A DNA stretch of 15,288 bases, taken from assembly GCA_039801565.1 (NCBI GenBank), contig JBDRUX010000059.1, positions 1-15,288 of the forward strand. Reading direction: 5' to 3'. This DNA comes from a candidate division WOR-3 bacterium. GTDB lineage: Bacteria > Hydrothermota > Tepidihabitantia > Tepidihabitantales > JAOUPE01. A program made the translations under genes and the position numbers. The notes below the pieces were generated by a model, which did not search any database, was not told the DNA's origin, and worked only from the letters and a program-made list of their open reading frames with translations. Of this stretch, positions 7,011-15,288 are shown piece by piece; the stretch's first letter is position 1; every line of letters begins with the position of its first letter.

Positions 7011-7850
7011 ATGAATATTGAGAATTATCTGGCAATGAAGCGTCAGTTGGTGGATAAGGCATTGGAAAAGGAATTTGGAAAATTTGACCAAATTCCGAGA
7101 GTCCTTTATAGGGCAATGCATTATGCGGTATTTAGTGGTGGTAAACGACTTCGACCAATCTTGACTTTAATGGCATTTGAGGCTTGTAATGGTAAGAACC
7201 CTTCGTGGGTTATGCCTTTTGCCTGCGGCATTGAATTAATCCATACCTTCTCGTTAATCAATGATGATTTGCCCTGTATGGATAATGACGACTGGCGCCG
7301 CGGTAAACCGACGCTTCATAAAGCATTTGATGAGACCACTGCAATCTTAGCTGGGGCGGCGCTCTTTGCTAAGGCGTATGAACTTTTTTGTCAAAGCCAA
7401 GCACCGCCAACTCCTCGGTTGCGGGCAATTGCGGCGATATCCAGAGTAATTGGGTCAAACGGAATAGTAGCGGGTCAGATTTTGGATATTAAGAATCCCA
7501 CACCCAGTTTAGTTTTGCTTAAAAGAATTCATCGTAAAAAAACTGCCGAATTGATTGCGGTTTCGATTCAAATTGGTGCCATAATTGCCGGTGCTAAAGA
7601 AATGGTAACTAAACAACTGTGGTCAGCCGGAGTTGATTTGGGAATGCTCTTTCAAATTACTGACGATATTTTAGATGCCGAACAAGATAAAGCAAGCCAG
7701 CCAACTTTTGTCAAACGCTACGGTTTAGAACGAGCTAAGATATTTGCTCGGCAATACGCCAGGCGCGCGCAGGGCAAATTTAGTATGCTTGGGAGTTGTT
7801 TTACCAAATTTAATTTAATTGCGGATTGGATTGCGAATCGAGGGAACTGA
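7011..7850 (+). CDS. ispA: Short-chain trans-polyprenyl diphosphate synthase (IspA/FPP-GGPP synthase family), about 279 aa
   Basis: GGKRLRP, FARM DDLPCMD followed by RRGKPT, GQILD, KTA, SARM FQITDDILD. Lies directly upstream of dxs. ATG 7011 is preferred over TTG 7002. Confidence 0.9.
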   Translation: MNIENYLAMKRQLVDKALEKEFGKFDQIPRVLYRAMHYAVFSGGKRLRPILTLMAFEACNGKNPSWVMPFACGIELIHTFSLINDDLPCMDNDDWRRGKPTLHKAFDETTAILAGAALFAKAYELFCQSQAPPTPRLRAIAAISRVIGSNGIVAGQILDIKNPTPSLVLLKRIHRKKTAELIAVSIQIGAIIAGAKEMVTKQLWSAGVDLGMLFQITDDILDAEQDKASQPTFVKRYGLERAKIFARQYARRAQGKFSMLGSCFTKFNLIADWIANRGN

Positions 7851-9763
7851 TGGCAATTTTAGAGCGAATTAATTCACCAACGGACTTAAAGCAACTTTCA
7901 ATAGCCGATTTAAAGGTTTTAGCCTCAGAAATTCGCCACGAGATTATTCGAGTTACTGCGCTAAGAGGTGGTCATTTGGCACCAAGCTTAGGGGTTGTGG
8001 AGTTGACAATTGCGCTTCATTATGTATTTGACACGCCGCGGGACAAAATTATTTGGGACGTTGGACATCAGTCTTACGCCCATAAACTAATTACCGGTCG
8101 ACGGCAACAATTCGCCACACTGCGAACCAAAAACGGAATAAGTGGTTTTCCAAAAAGAAGTGAAAGTATTTATGATGTTTTTGATACTGGACATTCGGGC
8201 AATTCAATTTCGGTTGCCTTAGGGTTAGCCGATGCTGCACAGAAAAGTGGTGAATCATTTAAGACGATTGCAGTAATTGGTGATGGTTCGATCGTTACTG
8301 GAATGGCGTTTGAAGCGATGAATAATGCTGGCACCAAAAATCGTGATTTAGTCGTCGTCTTGAATGACAATGAAATGTCAATCGCCAAGACCAATGGCGC
8401 AATTGCTACCCATCTCAATCGAATTATCACTGGTAAGTTTTATAATCGAGTTCGGGCTGATGTTTGGAATCTTTTAGGGAAACTCCCCAAAAATCTTAGT
8501 AATCGGGCAAGAATCGCTGCGAAAAAGTTGGAAGAGGGATTAAAAAATTTAATTGTGCCGAGTATTATTTTTGAAGAAATGGGTTTTCGTTATGTCGGTC
8601 CTATCCAAGGCCACAACCTCAATGACTTGATTAATACCTTTTTGCGGATTAAAAATTATCACGAACCGGTTCTTATTCATATCGTGACGAAAAAAGGGAA
8701 GGGGTATAAACCAGCTGAAGATGAGCCCGAGATTTTTCATGGCATCGGTCCGTTTGAAATTGATACCGGCCGGGCTTTGACAAGAAATCCGACTGGTTTT
8801 ACCAAAGCGTTCGGTGATAGTCTTTTGGAATTGGCAGAGACGAATAAGGATTTAGTTGTTATCACACCGGGGATGTGTCTGGGTTCGGGATTGGAAGAAT
8901 TTCGTCGCAAATTTCCTGACCGTTTTTATGATGTTGGCATTTGTGAGCAACATGCAGTTTCGTTTGCGGCAGGGTTAGCACTGGGTGGACTGAAGCCAAT
9001 TGTCGCAATCTATTCGACTTTTCTGGCTCGCGCCTATGACCAATTAATCCAAGATGTCTGTCTACAGAAACTTCCAGTAGTTTTTGCGATTGACCGGGCT
9101 GGCTTAGTCGGTGAGGATGGGCCAACCCATCATGGGCAATTTGATTTATCTTATCTCAGATTAATCCCCAACTTAATTGTTATGGCACCGAAGGACGAGA
9201 TAGAATTGAGAGAAATGTTAAAATTAGCGGTTGATTATAACCAGGGACCGGTTGCGATACGGTATCCCAAGGGAAAAGGAATTTTAAATGGTTTAAGCAG
9301 TTCAAAAGGTTTAAAGTGTTCAATTGAAATTGGTAAAGCGGAAATTCTTCGTGAAGGCAAGGATGGCTGTGTATTAGCAATTGGTAGTATGGTTTTGCCA
9401 GTATTAAAGGCAGTGGAAAAATTGTTCGAAGCTGGAATTGATTTGTGCGTTGTGAATGCTCGGTTCGTAAAACCGTTGGATAGCGATTTGCTTTTAAATT
9501 TGGCTAAAGATTTTAACCGGTTCGTGACCGTTGAAGAAAATATTTGCATTGGTGGTTTCGGTTCAGCGATAATGGAGTTCTTCCAAACCCAAGGATTGTC
9601 GGTATCAGTCAAACCGATTGCCTTAGAAGATAAATTCATTGGTCAAGGTTCAAGAGAAGAACTATTGGAAAGTCAAGGGTTAACGGATGAAAGGTTAATT
9701 GAAATTTTACAAAAAGAATTTAGTTCTAATCGAGTATTTTTGCATCCGTCGTCGGTCGGTTAA
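7850..9763 (+). CDS. dxs: 1-deoxy-D-xylulose-5-phosphate synthase (about 637 aa)
   Basis: GGHLAPSLGVVELTIALH, WDVGHQSYAHK, TPP motif GDGS...NDN, YSTFL, DRAGLVGEDGPTHHG. ATG 7850 overlaps the ispA stop (TGATG), with SD-like GAGGGA at 7840-7845. Confidence 0.98.
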   Translation: MAILERINSPTDLKQLSIADLKVLASEIRHEIIRVTALRGGHLAPSLGVVELTIALHYVFDTPRDKIIWDVGHQSYAHKLITGRRQQFATLRTKNGISGFPKRSESIYDVFDTGHSGNSISVALGLADAAQKSGESFKTIAVIGDGSIVTGMAFEAMNNAGTKNRDLVVVLNDNEMSIAKTNGAIATHLNRIITGKFYNRVRADVWNLLGKLPKNLSNRARIAAKKLEEGLKNLIVPSIIFEEMGFRYVGPIQGHNLNDLINTFLRIKNYHEPVLIHIVTKKGKGYKPAEDEPEIFHGIGPFEIDTGRALTRNPTGFTKAFGDSLLELAETNKDLVVITPGMCLGSGLEEFRRKFPDRFYDVGICEQHAVSFAAGLALGGLKPIVAIYSTFLARAYDQLIQDVCLQKLPVVFAIDRAGLVGEDGPTHHGQFDLSYLRLIPNLIVMAPKDEIELREMLKLAVDYNQGPVAIRYPKGKGILNGLSSSKGLKCSIEIGKAEILREGKDGCVLAIGSMVLPVLKAVEKLFEAGIDLCVVNARFVKPLDSDLLLNLAKDFNRFVTVEENICIGGFGSAIMEFFQTQGLSVSVKPIALEDKFIGQGSREELLESQGLTDERLIEILQKEFSSNRVFLHPSSVG

Positions 9764-9769
9764 ATAAGT

Positions 9770-12700
9770 ATGGTGCGGTTTTGGTCAATAGGTTCAAGAG
9801 GTTTACCTTTAGTTATTATCCTATTATTAACTCAACTGGAATTTAGTTTTGGCTACGAACCGAAATGGCTTGACCGAGGACCTGGTCTCACCGGTTATGA
9901 AATTAAAGAGCGGATTGATTACAAAACCGGTTTGGTTTTTTTAGAACGCTGGTATGATAACTATTATTTGGGAATCGAAAAAGTTTTGACTTTAGATGAG
10001 TATTTAGACTACTTGGCAAATAAATCAATTAAGAAAAGCTTTGGCGAAAGTCAAGCTAAGGAAAGAAAGAAACAGGAGATCGAATTCGGCACACAAGGGT
10101 TAATTCCAGATATTCAACTTCCCAAATTACCAATCTTCGGTGAGGGTAGTAAGATAAATATTTCGGGTAGCGACCGGATAACATTTGGTGGACGGCAGAC
10201 AACCGTTTACGGACCAGGAATTACTCCAACTGCTACCAGTCAGTCGGCGCTACCGGAATTGAAAATGGAACAGGAACTTCGAGTAAACTTGGATGGTACG
10301 ATTGGTGACAAGACCAAAATTTTGATTGACCATGATTCCAAGCGTCAGTTCGAGGGTAAGAATAAGATAAAACTTTCTTATACCGGAACCGAAGACGAAA
10401 TCATCCAGTCAGTAGAGATGGGGGATACGCGATTATATATTCCTGGTACCGGTTATACCGGTGATTTGCCAGCGCACAAAGGATTATTTGGGATAACCGC
10501 GAAAGGCAAATTAGGCGGTCTCGATTTATACGCAGTTGCTTCTACTGAACAATCCCAGGCGCAAACCGCGGAATTTCGTGGTCGAACTCAGATGACAACT
10601 GATACCATTTATGATAACGAGTTCGAACGGAGAAGATTCTATGTTATTGACACTTTAGCTACTGGTGAGGTGACTAATCTATTAATTTATTTAGACCAAA
10701 GGATTGCCAATCCGCAAAATTATCGAAATGGAATAGCCACAACTAATCCGCAAGACCCAGCCGATACTTCAATGGGCAGTAAACATCGAGTGAAAGGCAA
10801 ATTTATTTTACTTAAATTGGGTGAGGATTATTATCGCCATAGTAATAATGTGATTGAACTGAGAAACCAACTGGACAGAGATGACATTTTGGCGGTCTCT
10901 TACCTAAAAGGTACTGATACCATTGGTGGCAATCTTTTTGTTGAAAGTCCCCGGGATACCTATCTTGTCCTAAAATTATTAAAACCTTCTTATGTTGATA
11001 CCTCATCACCCTGTTGGAATTATGAATTAAGAAACATCTACCGACTTGGTGCCCAAGAAGTTAAGTTAGAGTCTTTAAAAATTTATCTTGAGCAACCGGA
11101 TATAGATTTGGAATATGACCCGGTTAGCCGAAGAAGTTTTATTTCAATACTTGGACTCGACCCAGATGGTGATGGTAAAATAACCTGGCCGGAATATGAT
11201 GCGCGTAATGGATTGATTATCTTTCCGTACCGTTTTCCTTTCGCTTTACCCCAACTTTCGGTTAAAGATTCGATGATCTATCGGCAGGATCCTTTACCTC
11301 CTAACTTCGTTGCGAAATATTATATTGTGGCTAATTATTCCAGTGCCCGAGGTTCTTTTTATATTGGGCAGACCGATATTGAAGAAGGTTCGGAAAAAGT
11401 TTTTGTTAATCAAGAATTATGGACGCGTGGTGTTGACTATGACATCAATTATCAGACTGGTGAATTATCGTTCAAAAGAACCCTGCCCCCCAATGCTGAT
11501 ATTCGGGTGACCTTTGAATACCGCCCTTGGTTTTCCACGAGTCAGAAATCACTTCTGGGAACCCGGGCAGAGTGGAAATTTATCGAGAATGGCAAAATTG
11601 GCAGTTCGCTCTTTTATCGGTCAGAAGGTTTGCCTGGTGATAAACCGGAATTAGGAGCCGAGCCATTTCGGCGAATGATTAGTGAAGCAGATATTTCTTA
11701 TTCCACCCAATCCCAAGCAGTAAGTTCATTTTTTGACCGATTACCATTATTGCGGGCTGAAGCACCTTCTTCATTTCAAATATCATCCGAAGTAGCGGTG
11801 TCGCTACCCGACCCCAACACGCGTGGATTAGTTTATTTAGATGACTTTGAAGGTTCAACGATGAGTAACGATATTAGTATCAATGTTGCTAATTGGTTTT
11901 TCAGTTCGGTGCCGGTTGGTAAAGACACAGCTAATTTTGCCCGAACCCCTTTAAAGTGGTTTAACCCAACAACCCGAATTCGAAAAGACTCAATTTTTGG
12001 CTCGGAAATTGGTCGGGAGGGAAGTGAGACCGTTGATTATTTAAGAATTATTTTTACACCGGATAACACTTCATCCTGGGCTGGTATCACCAATTGCCCA
12101 TCCCAATTAGGTATGGATTTTCGAGAATTAGAAAACATCGAAGTAATTCTCCGTACCCGAAATCGGACGAATGGAAGAATCCATTTCAGCATCGGCTCAA
12201 ATATTGACGAAGATGTACCAAGACGTACCGCGCAAGGAACAATTGCCGGGTATAATGGAATAGAAGATACCGAGGACCGTAATCGAAATGGCGTCTTAGA
12301 TAAAGTAGAAGGTGAGGATACTGGATTAGATACTGTGATTGGGGTTGATGGTCAGAATGTCTTCGGCGATGATGGCAATGACGACTACGATGCGAAAACC
12401 AATCCTAATGGTACAGAAAACAATGGCAAACTTGATTATGAAGATTTAGACCGTAACGGTTTTTCTCGAAGCAATGATTATTTTGAATATTCGGTTGATT
12501 TGGGTGATGCGCGATTTCAACCGCTGCGCGGTGACTGGCGGTTCTTACGAATCTCATTAACCGGTTCGGATGTTGATACTGTCGGTAGCCCACGTTGGGA
12601 AGAAATAAGATTGGTCCGTATTTGGTTTGATGGATTTGTTACTACCGATACGATTGATATTTATTCCATTGCTTTTGTTGGTAGCAAGTGGCGTGATGTA

Positions 12701-15277
12701 GTAATTCGCCGTGATACTATCTTCTATTCATACCCCGACCCGGTGGATAGTAGTGAGAAAGCAACGCTGTCTCAGATTAGCATTAAGTCCAATCCTAATT
12801 ACATCCCGCCCTTTGAGCCAAAACGGGATTACACCGGTCAAGTTGAAATTGAGGCTTCTTTAAGACTCGAATATGAAACGATTAAGCCAGGGCATTTGGT
12901 CAGTTTTGCTAAATATATCTATGACCGCGAAGATTATCGCGATTACCGGGTTTTAAAGATTTACCTTCATAACGATTGGAATGATCCAGTATTTTTCTTA
13001 AAAATCGGCACCGATTCTTTAAACTATTATGAATACCGAAACCGGATTAGTCAAGGCAAACTAATACCAGGAAGAACCAATTGGTATGAGTTTGAAATTC
13101 CGCTTGACACATTTCCGGCCCTAAAAGTTCAGCGTAATTTACAAACCGGTTATTTCTATATTGACAATGAATTGGGCACATTTGCGATTATGGGTAATCC
13201 GAATTTGGCGGAGGTTCGTTATCAAGTAATGGGAATTGTGAATAATAGTGGTGCACCAATTAGTGGTGAAATCTGGTTTAATGACATCAGGTTACACAAT
13301 CCAAGAAAAGATGCTGGTTATGGTTTACAGTCAAGAATCGGTTTAAATCTTTCTGATTTTTCGACCTTTTCCTTTGGGATTAGTTACAACGACCCTAACT
13401 TCCGACGCTTTAGTGAAGGCAGGGGAGTAAAGACAGGTGGTTTTGCCACTAATACCAGTTACGATTGGCGGATAAACCTTGACCGTTTGCTACCAAAATC
13501 CTGGAATTTTAATTTACCTTTGAGTTATCGTAAAATAGAAAGCAAAACCTTGCCTAAATATTCGGCTAATTATCCGGATTTGCTTTTGAGTAAAGATAAT
13601 GCAGTAACCCAGGCAACGATTGGTGAAAACACGACTTGGAGCCTTGATAATGTTAGGAAAGGAAAATCGGGCAATCGGCTCTTAAATTATACCATCGAAG
13701 CTTTCGCTTATTCCTGGCGTCTAAACAAAGGTTATTCGGATGCACCCTTGGATAGCTCATTGTCCTATTCATTAGCTCAAAATCTCAATTATGGAATTTC
13801 ACCGGATTTAAAGGTTAGGTTGTTTGGCGAAGAAATTAACCTTTTTCCTCAGAATATCCAGACTGGGGTTAGTGTGGCTAAAAGTATTATTCCGCGCTTT
13901 ACTAAACCAAGGCCGGAAACAACTTGGACCTATGCACGGGCCGATTCTTCTTATGCCGGAACTTTTGATTTTGATGCTAATTATAGTCCAATCGGTGATT
14001 TGTCTTTCGACTATAGTTTCAGTCAGGAACGGGACTTTATGGTCCAAAATCATGATAAACTACCAGTCGGTGGTATAAAAATTGGTCAGGCAATGGGTGA
14101 AGACCAAAATTTTGGTGCGAGCTACGGATTAGAAATTGGCGAAGTTATATCACCAAGGGTTGATTTTAATAGCGAATACCGAGAAGACCGCCTCCGTAGT
14201 GCTATAGCGAGGAATTATGAAAATAAATGGAATCTGGGAAATGGTCGAGATATTGATTTCACGGTAGATATTGAATTGTCCGAAATCTTAAGTGGCTTGG
14301 CAAAACTTCGCGACGAACGCAAAGATTCGAGTGCAATGCCTGGGTCACCCCATTGGCTTTTGATGCAAACAGATAAGCTTGCCGAGATGATTGAACCGAT
14401 TGATTTCGGTTACTCCAAGGCACGCACTTCGGATTTCTTAAATGTTACGAAGCGTCCAGATTGGAAATATCGCTTCGGTCTGGTTGACTACTTAACTTAC
14501 GATACGGCTGAGAACCGTGATTATATAGATAATATTAATATCAGTTCAGGGGCTACGATTAAGGATTTAAGTTTACGATTTCGGTTTGACCATTCAATTA
14601 ATAAAGGCTATTCAATCGGTGGCGCAACTGGTAGTTGGTCAACGACTTGGCCCGATTTGAGTATCTCAATTGCTCGAATCGAACGATTCTTAAAAAATTG
14701 GGCAACCAGTTCTAATATCAATACCAGCTATTCACGCCGCACTGACCGCAACGGTAATTTAGACCTGACAACTAATACTCTATTACCGACTGGTCAGACC
14801 AAATCAATTGCCCATAACTTCTCGCCTTTATTAGCCTGGCAAGCAAGTTGGAAGCGACGGATTTCAACGAACCTGTCTTTTAGTTATTCTAAATCCCAAA
14901 GTGAAAATATTGATATTCAGACAAAAACCAATAATGAACAAAAAAGCGGTTCTTTCAGTCTCAGTTACTTATTTAGTGCTCCACAAGGAATAAAAATTCC
15001 CGGTTTGAAAAAGATTCGTTTCTCGTCGGATTTGAATCTGACCTGGAGTCTTCGATTAAGTGAAAATTATTCGGACTTGTTTGACCAAAGAATCCAAACA
15101 ACACCAATGGTGAACCGTAAAGACCGTGACATTACAACTTCGATTTCTGCTTCTTATCGAGTTTCAAGAAGTGTCGAATCGGGGTTAAATACCGGCTATA
15201 CTCTTTATAAGAATATTCAACGGGGAACCGCCAGCCGAAGTATTGATTTGAATTTCTGGGTACTTTTTAACTTCTAA
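9770..15277 (+). CDS. sprA: SprA/Sov-family large outer-membrane beta-barrel protein (type IX secretion translocon homolog), 1835 aa
   Basis: Signal peptide and SprA-like segments: NLDGTIGDK, KLSYTGTEDEIIQSVEMGD, GLFG, WNYELRNIY, EGSEKV...GVDYDINYQTG, YLDDFEGS, DTED-x-N-x-NG, GEIWFNDIRL. Long alternating beta-strand C-terminal region ending in Phe (FWVLFNF). Confidence 0.88.
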   Translation: MVRFWSIGSRGLPLVIILLLTQLEFSFGYEPKWLDRGPGLTGYEIKERIDYKTGLVFLERWYDNYYLGIEKVLTLDEYLDYLANKSIKKSFGESQAKERKKQEIEFGTQGLIPDIQLPKLPIFGEGSKINISGSDRITFGGRQTTVYGPGITPTATSQSALPELKMEQELRVNLDGTIGDKTKILIDHDSKRQFEGKNKIKLSYTGTEDEIIQSVEMGDTRLYIPGTGYTGDLPAHKGLFGITAKGKLGGLDLYAVASTEQSQAQTAEFRGRTQMTTDTIYDNEFERRRFYVIDTLATGEVTNLLIYLDQRIANPQNYRNGIATTNPQDPADTSMGSKHRVKGKFILLKLGEDYYRHSNNVIELRNQLDRDDILAVSYLKGTDTIGGNLFVESPRDTYLVLKLLKPSYVDTSSPCWNYELRNIYRLGAQEVKLESLKIYLEQPDIDLEYDPVSRRSFISILGLDPDGDGKITWPEYDARNGLIIFPYRFPFALPQLSVKDSMIYRQDPLPPNFVAKYYIVANYSSARGSFYIGQTDIEEGSEKVFVNQELWTRGVDYDINYQTGELSFKRTLPPNADIRVTFEYRPWFSTSQKSLLGTRAEWKFIENGKIGSSLFYRSEGLPGDKPELGAEPFRRMISEADISYSTQSQAVSSFFDRLPLLRAEAPSSFQISSEVAVSLPDPNTRGLVYLDDFEGSTMSNDISINVANWFFSSVPVGKDTANFARTPLKWFNPTTRIRKDSIFGSEIGREGSETVDYLRIIFTPDNTSSWAGITNCPSQLGMDFRELENIEVILRTRNRTNGRIHFSIGSNIDEDVPRRTAQGTIAGYNGIEDTEDRNRNGVLDKVEGEDTGLDTVIGVDGQNVFGDDGNDDYDAKTNPNGTENNGKLDYEDLDRNGFSRSNDYFEYSVDLGDARFQPLRGDWRFLRISLTGSDVDTVGSPRWEEIRLVRIWFDGFVTTDTIDIYSIAFVGSKWRDVVIRRDTIFYSYPDPVDSSEKATLSQISIKSNPNYIPPFEPKRDYTGQVEIEASLRLEYETIKPGHLVSFAKYIYDREDYRDYRVLKIYLHNDWNDPVFFLKIGTDSLNYYEYRNRISQGKLIPGRTNWYEFEIPLDTFPALKVQRNLQTGYFYIDNELGTFAIMGNPNLAEVRYQVMGIVNNSGAPISGEIWFNDIRLHNPRKDAGYGLQSRIGLNLSDFSTFSFGISYNDPNFRRFSEGRGVKTGGFATNTSYDWRINLDRLLPKSWNFNLPLSYRKIESKTLPKYSANYPDLLLSKDNAVTQATIGENTTWSLDNVRKGKSGNRLLNYTIEAFAYSWRLNKGYSDAPLDSSLSYSLAQNLNYGISPDLKVRLFGEEINLFPQNIQTGVSVAKSIIPRFTKPRPETTWTYARADSSYAGTFDFDANYSPIGDLSFDYSFSQERDFMVQNHDKLPVGGIKIGQAMGEDQNFGASYGLEIGEVISPRVDFNSEYREDRLRSAIARNYENKWNLGNGRDIDFTVDIELSEILSGLAKLRDERKDSSAMPGSPHWLLMQTDKLAEMIEPIDFGYSKARTSDFLNVTKRPDWKYRFGLVDYLTYDTAENRDYIDNINISSGATIKDLSLRFRFDHSINKGYSIGGATGSWSTTWPDLSISIARIERFLKNWATSSNINTSYSRRTDRNGNLDLTTNTLLPTGQTKSIAHNFSPLLAWQASWKRRISTNLSFSYSKSQSENIDIQTKTNNEQKSGSFSLSYLFSAPQGIKIPGLKKIRFSSDLNLTWSLRLSENYSDLFDQRIQTTPMVNRKDRDITTSISASYRVSRSVESGLNTGYTLYKNIQRGTASRSIDLNFWVLFNF

Positions 15278-15288
15278 ATGTTTAAACA

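Noticed and set aside
7826..7849. TTG 7826 as dxs start
   Set aside because: ATG 7850 has an SD, overlaps the ispA stop and gives the typical Dxs N-terminus (MAILERINSPTDLK).
680..14078. Short antisense and alternate-frame ORFs overlapping rho, rpmE, prfB, the BatA gene, the hypothetical gene, dxs and sprA
   Set aside because: They are shadows of longer, better-supported genes, with no motifs or start signals of their own.
15278..15288. ATG TTT AAA CA (possible next gene) and TGTTTAAACA palindrome
   Set aside because: Only 11 nt are visible, too little to call.
1..15288. CRISPR array, tRNA, rRNA, DnaA-box cluster or defence system
   Set aside because: I saw no regularly spaced direct repeats, cloverleaf or rRNA signatures, clustered TTATCCACA boxes or defence-type genes.

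Overview
AT-rich bacterial chromosomal segment with all credible genes on the + strand. It opens with the probable 3' end and right inverted repeat of an IS256-family element and a short degenerate gene remnant. Next come rho, rpmE (Zn-ribbon L31), prfB (RF2, needing a +1 programmed frameshift at a variant CTT-TGA-T site that the ORF track misses), a DUF58 gene and a BatA/vWA membrane protein gene. These are followed by a small membrane protein gene that is probably leaderless, and a tightly coupled ispA-like prenyltransferase - dxs - sprA unit, where sprA encodes an 1835-aa homolog of the type IX secretion outer-membrane translocon. The compact Rho and sigma70-type TTGACA/TATAAT promoters argue against Bacteroidota, so this looks like another FCB-related lineage (candidate phylum such as WOR-3 is a guess). 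Most notable are the SprA homolog outside Bacteroidota with a canonical EF-hand loop, the variant RF2 frameshift site, prfB sitting where prfA usually sits, five promoter-like elements that all have a 16-bp spacer, a structured rho leader and an atypical prenyltransferase.
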